Source of the DNA: a bacterium
GTDB lineage: Bacteria; Patescibacteriota; Saccharimonadia; Saccharimonadales; AWTP1-31
Length of the DNA: 64,000 nt
Direction of reading: 5' to 3'
NCBI GenBank assembly: GCA_030426125.1
Contig: JAUHZB010000002.1
Location: forward strand, 67,633-131,632
This document shows, one piece after another, positions 42,518 to 52,143 of the stretch (positions are counted from its first letter, which is position 1; each line of letters begins with the position of its first letter). A program made the position numbers and the translations under genes. Below the pieces are notes generated by a model. That model worked only from the letters and a program-made list of their open reading frames with translations. It ran no database searches and was not told the DNA's origin.

Positions 42518-42814
42518 TTAAACTGCACCTTCATGCATTTTTATTAATTCTTGGTCAGTGAACATTACTCTTACTAATGCACCGCCTAGCCTTTGGTATT
42601 CTTCACTCATAGTTTCTAGTACTGTTCTGTCGTTTGCAATTTCCAGGGCAACTGGTTTATAGCTAGGGTTAGCAAAATAAGGATTTTCGCGTAAATAGTC
42701 TGCCCAGCTTGCTGGCTGAGGTCGATCCTGACCTTGTAATGGAAACAAACTAAAGGCATCCGGTAGCATGCCTAACATTTCTCTTGTTGCTGATGCCGTG
42801 TCATGTAGTTGCAT
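42518..42814 (-). CDS. hypothetical protein (98 aa) embedded between rpsG and fusA
   Basis: ORF track ORF. Starts 2 nt after the rpsG stop codon and ends 13 nt before the fusA start. No family recognised. Confidence 0.5.
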   Translation of the reverse strand: MQLHDTASATREMLGMLPDAFSLFPLQGQDRPQPASWADYLRENPYFANPSYKPVALEIANDRTVLETMSEEYQRLGGALVRVMFTDQELIKMHEGAV

Positions 42815-42816
42815 TG

Positions 42817-43296
42817 CTAGAACCTTGCAAAGTGAGCAAATGCTCGGTTAGCATCGGCCATCTTATGAACATCTTCACGTTTCTTAACAGCACTACCAGC
42901 ACCGTTGTAGGCTTCAACTAGTTCAGCTGCAATTTTATCTTCCATAGAGATGCCTTTGCGTGAACGAGCAGCAGCTACGAACCACATGATTGTTAGGTGG
43001 TTTTGGCGTTGACCTTTTACTTCAAAAGGGATCTGGTAGTTAGCGCCACCAACTCGTCGTGAACGGGTTTCGACGTGTGGTCGAATGTTTTTCAGAGCTT
43101 GATCAAAAACGTCTAGTGGATTATCTATCTTTAATTTTTTAGCGGCTTTTTGCATTCCACCGTAGACCAATCTTTCGGCTAGCTGTTTCTTACCGTTTAG
43201 CATTACTCGGTTAATTACTTTTTGAACCATGACGCTGTTGTATACACGGTCAGGTTGGATATCTCGAACTAAGGCTTTAGTTACTTTACGAGGCAT
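42817..43296 (-). CDS. rpsG: 30S ribosomal protein S7
   Basis: 159 aa. [37 protein letters not shown]. Confidence 0.96.
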   Translation of the reverse strand: MPRKVTKALVRDIQPDRVYNSVMVQKVINRVMLNGKKQLAERLVYGGMQKAAKKLKIDNPLDVFDQALKNIRPHVETRSRRVGGANYQIPFEVKGQRQNHLTIMWFVAAARSRKGISMEDKIAAELVEAYNGAGSAVKKREDVHKMADANRAFAHFARF

Positions 43297-43709
43297 TATT
43301 TACTCGCTTTCTTGGTGCCGTACTTAGAGCGACTCTTTTTACGGTCACTAACACCTTGAAGGTCAAATGAACCTCGCACGATATGGTAACGAACACCAGG
43401 AAGGTCTTTTACTCGACCACCACGGATCAACACAACGGCGTGTTCTTGAAGGTTATGACCTTCTCCGCCAATGTAAGCCCAAACTTCGTGACCGTTAGTT
43501 AGACGAACACGAGCAACTTTACGAAGTGCTGAGTTTGGTTTCTTTGGTGTTTTGGTGGTTACTTTGACACAAACCCCACGCTTGAATGGTGAAGGCTTTT
43601 CATAGTTGCGAGTTTTTAGGTTATTTACCACGCGCTGAAGATGTGGTGACTTAGACTTCTTAGTCGCCTTGGCTCGTGGCTTTCTTACTAATTGATTAAT
43701 TGTTGGCAA
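43296..43709 (-). CDS. rpsL: 30S ribosomal protein S12
   Basis: 137 aa. TTG start with AAGGAAG upstream. [12 protein letters not shown]...[16 protein letters not shown]. Confidence 0.96.
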   Translation of the reverse strand: MPTINQLVRKPRAKATKKSKSPHLQRVVNNLKTRNYEKPSPFKRGVCVKVTTKTPKKPNSALRKVARVRLTNGHEVWAYIGGEGHNLQEHAVVLIRGGRVKDLPGVRYHIVRGSFDLQGVSDRKKSRSKYGTKKASK

Positions 43710-43815
43710 TTCTTTTCTTCCTTAAATTTAGGGAGATTGCTAGCGTTTATGATCAGCACGGTCTATAAACCCTAGCATCTACCTCTTATGTTTACTAATT
43801 GAAACTCTGGACAAT

Positions 43816-43824
43816 ATTCTAACA
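43816..43824 (-). promoter_or_regulatory. extended -10 promoter of rpsL-rpsG-...
   Basis: Minus strand TGtTAGAAT just after the rpoC stop. About 100-nt leader with an imperfect GCTAGGGTTTAT/ATAAACGCTAGC hairpin. Confidence 0.45.
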
Positions 43825-43830
43825 GATTAA

Positions 43831-46800
43831 CTATATCGCTGCAACCTCTTGGATGGCCTCATCTTCAACTTCCACCTCAGCTTCAGGGTCCTCAAAACCG
43901 GTTCCAACTGGTATGCGCCGTCCTAGAATTACGTTTTCTTTTAGACCGTAAAGTTGATCTACTTTACCGCTAGTAGCAGCTGCTATAAGGACACGAGTGG
44001 TGTCTTGGAAGCTGGCAGCACTTAGGAAGGAGTCGGTAGATAGTGAGGCTTTAGTGATACCAAGTAGCAATTGGTCATATTTAGCAGGCTTCTTGTTTGC
44101 CTTAACTAGGGCTTCATTAGCCTCAGCTACGGCTAGCTTACTAACAATATCTCCAGTTACGAAGTCACTATCGGCAGCATCTTCGATTTGAACTCGGCTA
44201 AACATCTGACGAACAATGATCTCAAGGTGCTTATCGGCAATGTTTTGTCCCTGTGAAGCAAAGATACTCAAGATTTCATTCATGATGTAGCGTTGGGTAG
44301 CTTCTACACCTTTTAGTTCAATCAGTTCATGTAGATTTATTGAACCGTTGGTTAGAAGATCACCGGCTTTAACCTTGTCGCCATCATTGACTACAACCTG
44401 CTTGAAGTTTGGAATTTCGTACTTAACAACACTTTGCTTAGCTGGTGTTATTATTACCTGCTTATCGGTAATCTCGGCAGTTCCAGCAATTGGTGATATT
44501 AGCGGATTAGCGCCGTCATCGTTGGCAGCTACTACATCGCCAATAGCAATTTCACTTCCGCTAGCAATTTGTGGGGTTCGGCCCTTTAGCGACAATTCTT
44601 TCTTGCTGTTTTTGTCGGTAGTAATCTGAACTACATACTTGTTGCCGTCTTCCCAGGTGCTGACAGTTCCGTCAATCTCAGCTAAGAAGGCTTGACCTTT
44701 TGGAGTCCGGACTTCAAACAACTCTTCTACACGTGGTAGACCGGTAGTAATGTCATCTCCAGCGACACCTCCTGAGTGGAAGGTCTTTAGAGTTAACTGG
44801 GTACCTGGCTCACCGATACTCTGTGCAGCAATCACACCGATTGGGTGATGTTGGGCCACTAGCTTACCGGTAGCAGGGTCAATTCCGTAAGATTTACGGC
44901 CGACACCACGTACACTTGTGCTACTTAGGGCGCTCATTATTTTTACGCCATCAATTTTACTATCTGCTTCAATCTTCTCAGCAATTTCGGCAGTTATTAG
45001 TTCACCGCGTTTGACATATTTAGCGACGTCTTCAGCAGCAAAACGACCACGAAGTCTTGAGCTGTATGGAACACCAATGACTTCAGCGTCAGAGCGGAAG
45101 ATTGCAAAGCCTGGATCATCTTCATCCTCATCGATAGTGAAGACATCTTGAGAGACATCGACTAGACGACGGGTTAGGTAACCAGAGTCAGCTGTTTTAA
45201 GAGCAGTATCGATCATACCTTTTCGGGCACCACGGGTTGCGGTGAAGTATTCTAGCGGTGTAATACCACCTTTATAGTTGGAGCGAATAGGTAACTCAAT
45301 AGCCTTACCAGTGGCGTCGGTCTGTAGACCTAGCATACCAACGGCGGTCATAACCTGACCAATGTTTCCACGAGCACCAGACACAACAGCGATAGACATT
45401 GAACTATCTTCTTTAACGAACTGATCACTAAGTTCACTTTGAACTTTGTTAACAGCGTTTTGCCAGCTCTCCACTGTTAGGCGATACCTTTCCTCTTCAG
45501 TTATTAGACCTTCGTCATACTGATCGCTAATAGTGACTGCTTTTTCTTCACCTTCATTGATCATCTGATCTAGGTTGTCGATTTCTCTAAAGTCATCCAT
45601 TCCCATAGATAGACCAGACTTGGTGGCAAATTGGAAAGCGATGTCTTTAATAGCATCAGCAATCTTAGCAGTAACCGCTTGTCCATACATGTCGTAGGCC
45701 TTAGACATAACCCCAGCAATTTTCTTCTTGGTCATTACATCATTTTGGAATGGGAAGTCTTCAGGGAATATTTCGTTGAACAGTATTCGACCTAGTGTAG
45801 AGGTTCGTTTACTGCCTCGGAAATTAACCGTAACAGGGCTCTGTAGTTGGATAGAACCTTCGTCTAGAGCCATGATAGCTTCATCTACGCTGGTGTAGTG
45901 CTTAACAGTTTCTTGAACACCAGGACGGTCATAGGTTAGGTAGTAACAACCCAGTACAATATCTTGTTCGATATGTAGAATTGGTGAACCGTCAGCTGGT
46001 TTTAGCAAGTTCATGCTGGCTGACATGATGTTCTTAGCCTCATCTTGAGCTGCATCACTTAGTGGCAAGTGAACAGCCATTTGGTCACCATCAAAGTCGG
46101 CGTTAAAGCCCTTACATACTAGAGGGTGAAGCTGAATAGCTTTTCCTTCAATCAGTACTGGTTGGAAGGCTTGAATACTTAGTCGGTGCAGACTTGGTGC
46201 TCGGTTTAGCAGTACGTACTTTCCTTTAATGACTTCATCAAGAGCGTCCCAAACTTCAGTTTCGCCAGCGTCTATCATTCGAGAGGCTGAGCGGATGTTG
46301 TGAGCGTATTCTTGAGCAATTAAATGACCAATAACGAATGGTTTAAATAGCTCTAGGGCCATCATCTTTGGAAGACCACACTGGTGGATCTTAAGCTCTG
46401 GTCCAGATACAATTACCGAACGACCAGAATAGTCGACACGTTTACCAAGTAGGTTCTGACGGAATCGACCTTGCTTCCCTTTAAGCATATCACTTAGGGA
46501 TTTTAGTCGACGTCGTTGGCCAGTAGCGGCTACTGCACGGCCAGAACGAGCGTTGTTGTTGTCAATTAAAGCGTCAACTGCCTCTTGAAGCATACGCTGT
46601 TCGTTACGACGAATTACTTCAGGAGCGTTTAGATCGATTAATTTCTTCAAGCGATTATTTCGGTTGATGACTCTTCGGTAAAGATCGTTAAGGTCACTAG
46701 TAGCGAATCGGCCACCAGTAAGTTGAACCATTGGTCGAAGATCTGGTGGGATTACTGGTAGAACAGTTACACACAGTGAGCTAGGTGTAATACCAGCTCG

Positions 46801-47652
46801 TTGCATGTTTTCTAGAAGCCTTAATCGCTTCATGATCTTCTTCTTGCGCATGCCCTTAGTTGAATCAGCTTCTTTATTTAGCTCAGCAATTACGTCTTCC
46901 AGTTTTACTTCGTCTAGTAGTTCTTTAAGAGCTGTTCCACCCATACCAACTTTTATTAGGCTACGGAATTCACTAGGAAGGTCACGGTAATCGTTTTCGC
47001 TAATAAGTTGTAGTTTGTTTAGCGAGCTTAGCTGGTTTTGAACTTCTTCAAATTCAACACTTAGTTCTTCAAGTTCTTTAGTTTGCAGTTCGGCAAGTTC
47101 TTTAATGTTGGCGTTTTCTTCTTTGCCCATAGCTTCAAAGCGAAGTTTAATAGCTTCTTTAGCTGCATTAAACTCTGCTTCACGATCAGCCATTAATTGG
47201 TCGCGCTTCTCAGTATCTACCTCTTTTATAATGTAGTTAGCAAAGTAGGCAACGCGCTCTAAGTTTTTAACTGTCATGCCCAGAACTAGACCCATGGCAC
47301 TTGGAGTTCCTCTAAGGAACCAAATATGTGCAACGGGGCTGGCTAGACTAATATGCGCCATTCGTTCACGACGTACGATGGATTTAGTAACCACTTCACC
47401 GTTTTTATCTACTGCTGCTTCGCGTGATCGAACACCTTTATATTTAGCATCATGAGGACTAATATCTTTTACTGGTCCAAAAATCCGCTCACAAAAGAGA
47501 CCATCGCGTTCTGGCTTCTGGGTTCGGTAGTTAATTGTTTCTGGTTTGGTAACTTCGCCATGTGACCAGTCTAGAATATCGCTAGGGCTGGCTACGGCTA
47601 GTCTGACTGCATCAAAGTCAGCAATATCTGTTCCTGAAGTATAGCGACGCAT
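43831..47652 (-). CDS. rpoC: DNA-directed RNA polymerase subunit beta-prime
   Basis: 1273 aa. Catalytic NADFDGDQM. The ATG overlaps the rpoB stop (UAAUG). Confidence 0.98.
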   Translation of the reverse strand: MRRYTSGTDIADFDAVRLAVASPSDILDWSHGEVTKPETINYRTQKPERDGLFCERIFGPVKDISPHDAKYKGVRSREAAVDKNGEVVTKSIVRRERMAHISLASPVAHIWFLRGTPSAMGLVLGMTVKNLERVAYFANYIIKEVDTEKRDQLMADREAEFNAAKEAIKLRFEAMGKEENANIKELAELQTKELEELSVEFEEVQNQLSSLNKLQLISENDYRDLPSEFRSLIKVGMGGTALKELLDEVKLEDVIAELNKEADSTKGMRKKKIMKRLRLLENMQRAGITPSSLCVTVLPVIPPDLRPMVQLTGGRFATSDLNDLYRRVINRNNRLKKLIDLNAPEVIRRNEQRMLQEAVDALIDNNNARSGRAVAATGQRRRLKSLSDMLKGKQGRFRQNLLGKRVDYSGRSVIVSGPELKIHQCGLPKMMALELFKPFVIGHLIAQEYAHNIRSASRMIDAGETEVWDALDEVIKGKYVLLNRAPSLHRLSIQAFQPVLIEGKAIQLHPLVCKGFNADFDGDQMAVHLPLSDAAQDEAKNIMSASMNLLKPADGSPILHIEQDIVLGCYYLTYDRPGVQETVKHYTSVDEAIMALDEGSIQLQSPVTVNFRGSKRTSTLGRILFNEIFPEDFPFQNDVMTKKKIAGVMSKAYDMYGQAVTAKIADAIKDIAFQFATKSGLSMGMDDFREIDNLDQMINEGEEKAVTISDQYDEGLITEEERYRLTVESWQNAVNKVQSELSDQFVKEDSSMSIAVVSGARGNIGQVMTAVGMLGLQTDATGKAIELPIRSNYKGGITPLEYFTATRGARKGMIDTALKTADSGYLTRRLVDVSQDVFTIDEDEDDPGFAIFRSDAEVIGVPYSSRLRGRFAAEDVAKYVKRGELITAEIAEKIEADSKIDGVKIMSALSSTSVRGVGRKSYGIDPATGKLVAQHHPIGVIAAQSIGEPGTQLTLKTFHSGGVAGDDITTGLPRVEELFEVRTPKGQAFLAEIDGTVSTWEDGNKYVVQITTDKNSKKELSLKGRTPQIASGSEIAIGDVVAANDDGANPLISPIAGTAEITDKQVIITPAKQSVVKYEIPNFKQVVVNDGDKVKAGDLLTNGSINLHELIELKGVEATQRYIMNEILSIFASQGQNIADKHLEIIVRQMFSRVQIEDAADSDFVTGDIVSKLAVAEANEALVKANKKPAKYDQLLLGITKASLSTDSFLSAASFQDTTRVLIAAATSGKVDQLYGLKENVILGRRIPVGTGFEDPEAEVEVEDEAIQEVAAI

Positions 47653-50600
47653 TATTTGACCTCCGTTTCTTGATCTTTGGTTGTTTCAGCTGACTCTTCG
47701 GCTGGTTGTTCTGAGCTTTCCGGTTTATGATCATCAAGCTCTAATATTTCAAATTCATCTTCAACGCTATCGGTTGTAACATCAACAGTTGAGGCTTCCG
47801 GTTCTGGGACGTCAACAGTTGATTGGTGCTCGCCTTCGTCTTTAATGCTTTTAGATAGGATATTTTCGGCATCCACTGATTCACCTGAAGAAATAAGGTC
47901 AACCTTTAGGTTCAGTCCTTGTAGTTCTTTAACTAGAACGTTGAAGCTTTCTGGGACTTTTGGTCCTACTATCTCGGTACCCTTAATGATAGATTCGTAG
48001 GCCTTAGAACGACCGAATACATCATCAGACTTAATGGTTAGCATTTCTTGTAGAGTGTTGCTTGCGCCATAAGCTTCAAGCGCCCAAACTTCCATCTCTC
48101 CGAAACGCTGACCACCGTTTTGAGCTTTACCGCCAAGTGGTTGCTGAGTAACCATAGTATATGGTCCAGTAGACCGAGCGTGAATCTTGTCGGCAATCAT
48201 GTGGTTTAGCTTGATCATGTACATGCTACCAACAGTTGTCTTTTCGCTGAATGGTTCACCGGTTCGACCATCATATAACTGTTGCTTACCATCTTCAGGT
48301 AAGCCAGCTTCACTAAGCATTGACTTAATCTTATCGGTTTCAACTCCGTTAAATGGTGGGGTTGCGACTTTAATTCCGAGAGCTTTAGCAGCCATTCCCA
48401 GGTGAGTTTCAAACAATTGTCCAATGTTCATACGACTTGGCACACCTAGTGGGTTTAAGACGATATCTACAGGTGTTCCGTCTTCATTGAATGGCATGTC
48501 TTCGACTGGTAGGATTCTAGCAATAACACCCTTGTTACCGTGACGTCCACCAAGTTTGTCGCCAACTGCGATTTTGCGCATTTGAGCTACAAAGATTTGG
48601 ATTTGCATGATCACGCCGGCTTTTAGTTCATGGCCGTTTTCGCGACTGAATACTTTGACTCCAACGACTTTACCGTGTTTACCGTTACTCATTCGCTGAG
48701 AGGTGTCACGAACTTCTTTGGCTTTTTCACCGAAGATAGCACGTAGTAGTCTTTCTTCACTACTTAGCTCTTGTTCACCTTTAGGTGTAATCTTACCAAC
48801 TAAGATGTCACCGGGGTGAACTTCAGCACCGATTCGAACAATGCCGTCTTCATCAAGATGCCTTAGAGCATCTTCAGAAACATTTGGTATATCTTGGGTT
48901 ACAATCTCAGGTCCTAACTTTGTTTCACGGACTTCAGTCATGTAGTCAACGATATGGATACTAGTAAGACTATCGTCTTCTACTAGTTTTCGGCTCAGGA
49001 TGATAGCATCTTCGAAGTTATAGCCATTCCAAGGCATGAAAGCTGTTAGTAAGTCTTTTCCAAGAGCTAGTTCACCATCAGCAACGGACATTCCTTCAAT
49101 AAGAATGTCGCCAGCTTTTACTTTATCTCCAGTGTTGACCCGGACTTTCTGGTTGATACAAGTACCTTCGTTACTGCGAACAAAGTGTAGGGCGCTATAG
49201 GTCTTTGAACCTTTGGCGTATTTAACTACTACTTCATTAGCGTTAGCCTTAGTTACTTCACCACTGGCTTCAGCGGTTACTAATTGGCCAGTATTACGTG
49301 CTACTTCGCCTTCCATACCAGTCCCAACAATTGGAGACTGTGGATTTATAAGCGGTACAGCCTGACGTTGCTGGTTACTGCCCATCAAAGAGCGATACAC
49401 ATAGTTCTTTTCAATGAATGGGATTAGAGCAGCGCTAGAACCGATAATTTGACGTCTAGATGCATCAATGTGAGTGATGTCGTTAGAATCAACCTCACCA
49501 GCAACTAGGTAGTTACGGGCACTGACACGTTCTTTTAGGAAGTATCCGTTTTCGTCTATTGCTTCACTTGCTCCGGCGATAACCGCTTTTTCTTCTTCAG
49601 CAGCATCAAGATACTCAATGGTTTTACTAACCTGAGCTTTAACTGGCCAGGTTGCTTGAGATTTAATTTTTTCTAGTTTTTTAGCAGCAGCTTCAGTGAT
49701 GGTTTTTCCTTTTTCGACGATCACTTTTCCAGATTCGTCCTCTAGGTTATAGCTGGCTACATGCCCAGCTAGCTTTTTGGCTGGTAGGGCGTTGATTACC
49801 TTAAGATATGGCGTTTCTACAAAACCATAGTCGTTAATTCGGGCATAGCTGGCTAAGTTTAGTACTAATCCAATGTTGGCACCTTCTGGAGTTTCTACAG
49901 TACAGATACGTCCATAGTGGGTAGCGTGAGCGTCACGAACTTCGAATCCAGCTCTTTCCCTAGATAGTCCACCAGGACCCATAGAGCTTAGTCGTCGTTT
50001 GTGCGCTAATTCACTAAGTGGGTTAATCTGATCCATGAACTGCGATAGCTGTGAGCTGGCGAAGAATTCTCGCACTGCTGCAACTATAGGACGAGCATTA
50101 ATAAGTTGTCCTGGAGTTACGGTTTCAATTTCGCACATACTCATGCGATCTTTGGTATTGCGCTCCATGCGAAGTAGACCGATTCTAAATTGTCGCTGAA
50201 CTAATTCACCGACTAGTTTTACACGGCGGTTAGCGAGGCTATCGATATCGTCGGCTGGCTCTCCAGTGTTTGATAAGCGAATAATCTCAGCAATGATTGC
50301 TTTTAGATCTTCTAGCCGCATTACTCGGTTCTTAGTAGTGTTTGGCACATCAAGATCAAGTCGTTTGTTGATCTTATAACGGCCAACGCGGGAGAAATCG
50401 AAGCGCTTGAAGTTATAGAACATGTTTTCTATAAGGCTTCGGGCGTTGTCTACAGTAGCTAAGTCGCCAGGTCGAAGTCGTCTATATACTTCAATTAGGG
50501 CATCATTAGTTCCCTTAGAAGGATCTTTATCTAGAGTAGTTTGGATATAGCTGGTCTTGCCAGTGTCAACATGGGCGAAAGCTTCTTTCATCTGCGCTTC

Positions 50601-51203
50601 ATTCATACCAAGAGCACGTAGTAAGGTGGTAACTGCAATCTTTCGTTTTCGGTCAATCTTTACAAACAAAGCACCGTTGGCAGCTGTTTCGAATTCTAAC
50701 CATGCACCACGGCCAGGAATTACTTTAGCGCCGTAGCGTTTGGTGGCTGTAGAGTTATCTAGAGTAAAGAAAACACCAGCTGAGCGAATTAGCTGGCTAA
50801 CTACTACTCGTTCAGCGCCGTTGATTACAAAAGTTCCACGTTCGGTCATCCATGGATAGTCACCAAGATAGATTTCTTGTTCTTTTACTTCACCAGTTAC
50901 TTTGTTGGTTAATTCAACAGTAGCCTTTAGAGGTGCGTCGTAGCTGACGTTGTTTTCTCGGGCTTCGGCTTCTGTTAGTTTTGGTTTTTCAAAGCTATAG
51001 TCTTTAAAAGATAGTGATAGCTTGGTTCCGGTATAGTCATCGATTGGACTGATCTCAGCTAGTAGTTCGCCAAGGCCCTCCTCTACTAGCCAGTCCCATG
51101 ATTTGTTTTGGTGATCAACCAGATTTGGTAGATCAACAATATTTTTTGATTCATTAAATTGAATTCTTTTACCAGAATTCTTAGTAACCGAACTTTTCGC
51201 CAT
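47652..51203 (-). CDS. rpoB: DNA-directed RNA polymerase subunit beta (acidic ~90-aa C-terminal tail)
   Basis: ORF track gives 47652..51215 (GTG). ATG 51201-51203 (MAKSSVTK...) is preferred because the GTG overlaps the only GGAG. Start uncertain by 4 codons. Confidence 0.95.
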   Translation of the reverse strand: MAKSSVTKNSGKRIQFNESKNIVDLPNLVDHQNKSWDWLVEEGLGELLAEISPIDDYTGTKLSLSFKDYSFEKPKLTEAEARENNVSYDAPLKATVELTNKVTGEVKEQEIYLGDYPWMTERGTFVINGAERVVVSQLIRSAGVFFTLDNSTATKRYGAKVIPGRGAWLEFETAANGALFVKIDRKRKIAVTTLLRALGMNEAQMKEAFAHVDTGKTSYIQTTLDKDPSKGTNDALIEVYRRLRPGDLATVDNARSLIENMFYNFKRFDFSRVGRYKINKRLDLDVPNTTKNRVMRLEDLKAIIAEIIRLSNTGEPADDIDSLANRRVKLVGELVQRQFRIGLLRMERNTKDRMSMCEIETVTPGQLINARPIVAAVREFFASSQLSQFMDQINPLSELAHKRRLSSMGPGGLSRERAGFEVRDAHATHYGRICTVETPEGANIGLVLNLASYARINDYGFVETPYLKVINALPAKKLAGHVASYNLEDESGKVIVEKGKTITEAAAKKLEKIKSQATWPVKAQVSKTIEYLDAAEEEKAVIAGASEAIDENGYFLKERVSARNYLVAGEVDSNDITHIDASRRQIIGSSAALIPFIEKNYVYRSLMGSNQQRQAVPLINPQSPIVGTGMEGEVARNTGQLVTAEASGEVTKANANEVVVKYAKGSKTYSALHFVRSNEGTCINQKVRVNTGDKVKAGDILIEGMSVADGELALGKDLLTAFMPWNGYNFEDAIILSRKLVEDDSLTSIHIVDYMTEVRETKLGPEIVTQDIPNVSEDALRHLDEDGIVRIGAEVHPGDILVGKITPKGEQELSSEERLLRAIFGEKAKEVRDTSQRMSNGKHGKVVGVKVFSRENGHELKAGVIMQIQIFVAQMRKIAVGDKLGGRHGNKGVIARILPVEDMPFNEDGTPVDIVLNPLGVPSRMNIGQLFETHLGMAAKALGIKVATPPFNGVETDKIKSMLSEAGLPEDGKQQLYDGRTGEPFSEKTTVGSMYMIKLNHMIADKIHARSTGPYTMVTQQPLGGKAQNGGQRFGEMEVWALEAYGASNTLQEMLTIKSDDVFGRSKAYESIIKGTEIVGPKVPESFNVLVKELQGLNLKVDLISSGESVDAENILSKSIKDEGEHQSTVDVPEPEASTVDVTTDSVEDEFEILELDDHKPESSEQPAEESAETTKDQETEVK

Positions 51204-51392
51204 AAGCTGTAGCACTCCGTTTTTTATTGATTTATAAATTTATTGCTAATAACCGAAGTTATTGCTGTTACTGTTTATTATCTTTTTCTATCTTTTACTC
51301 TTGGTATTGAGAAGATATTCTAAGAGGGTCAATACAATGCATTATTATTTTTGATAACACAGCAGTGCCCGCTAACGCTACTTCTTATATAG

Positions 51393-51421
51393 ATAGTACT
51401 GTTTTAAGTCGCTCAATGCAA
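51393..51421 (-). promoter_or_regulatory. candidate promoter of rpoBC
   Basis: Minus strand TTGCAT (51416-51421), 17 nt, TACTAT (51393-51398). About 185-nt leader containing an AATAAC-UUCG-GTTATT tetraloop hairpin (51248-51263). Confidence 0.45.
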
Positions 51422-51479
51422 GTTATTAACAGCTGTGTTGTTTATACTACTACGGCAACAATGTTTCTAGCACTCACTA

Positions 51480-51508
51480 TTGACGAGTGCTAATTTTTTG
51501 CATACTAT
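51480..51508 (+). promoter_or_regulatory. promoter of clpP (leaderless candidate)
   Basis: TTGACG (51480-51485), 17 nt, TACTAT (51503-51508), 6 nt, ATG 51515. No Shine-Dalgarno site. Confidence 0.55.
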
Positions 51509-51514
51509 TAAATT

Positions 51515-52126
51515 ATGAATAAACCAACCAATGCAACTTTAGTACCAACAGTTATTGAAAGTGATGGCCGTGTCGAACGAGCCTACGATATATATAGTCG
51601 TCTATTAAAAGATCGAATCATCTTTTTAGGTGATGCTGTAAATGAGCACACCGCTAACTTAGTCGTCGCTCAGCTATTATTCCTTCATGCTGAGGACCCC
51701 AAGAAAGACATTAATTTCTATATCAATAGTCCAGGAGGGGTTGTTTACGACGCTCTAGCTATCTATGACACTATGCAATATATATCTAACGACATTCAAA
51801 CCGTCGGTATCGGTGTACAAGCCTCGGCCGCCGCTTTTCTACTAAGTTCTGGCACCAAGGGCAAGCGTGTCGCGTTGCCAAATGCAACTATCATGGTTCA
51901 CCAACCAAGTAGCGGTACTAGAGGTAAGGTTACCGATATGGAGATTGACCTAAAAGAATCACTCAGGATTAAGCAAAGACTTAATGAAATAATGGCCAAG
52001 AATACTGGTCAAACCGTTAAGAAAATCCAAGCCGATATGGAGCGTGACTATTGGATGAATGCTGAAGAATCTGTAAAATACGGTATTGTTGACAAGATTG
52101 TTAAAAGCTTGAAAGAAGTTAAATAA
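51515..52126 (+). CDS. clpP: ATP-dependent Clp protease proteolytic subunit
   Basis: 203 aa. [19 protein letters not shown], catalytic Ser region [16 protein letters not shown]. Confidence 0.96.
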   Translation: MNKPTNATLVPTVIESDGRVERAYDIYSRLLKDRIIFLGDAVNEHTANLVVAQLLFLHAEDPKKDINFYINSPGGVVYDALAIYDTMQYISNDIQTVGIGVQASAAAFLLSSGTKGKRVALPNATIMVHQPSSGTRGKVTDMEIDLKESLRIKQRLNEIMAKNTGQTVKKIQADMERDYWMNAEESVKYGIVDKIVKSLKEVK

Positions 52127-52143
52127 ATTCTTATTTAATTTAA

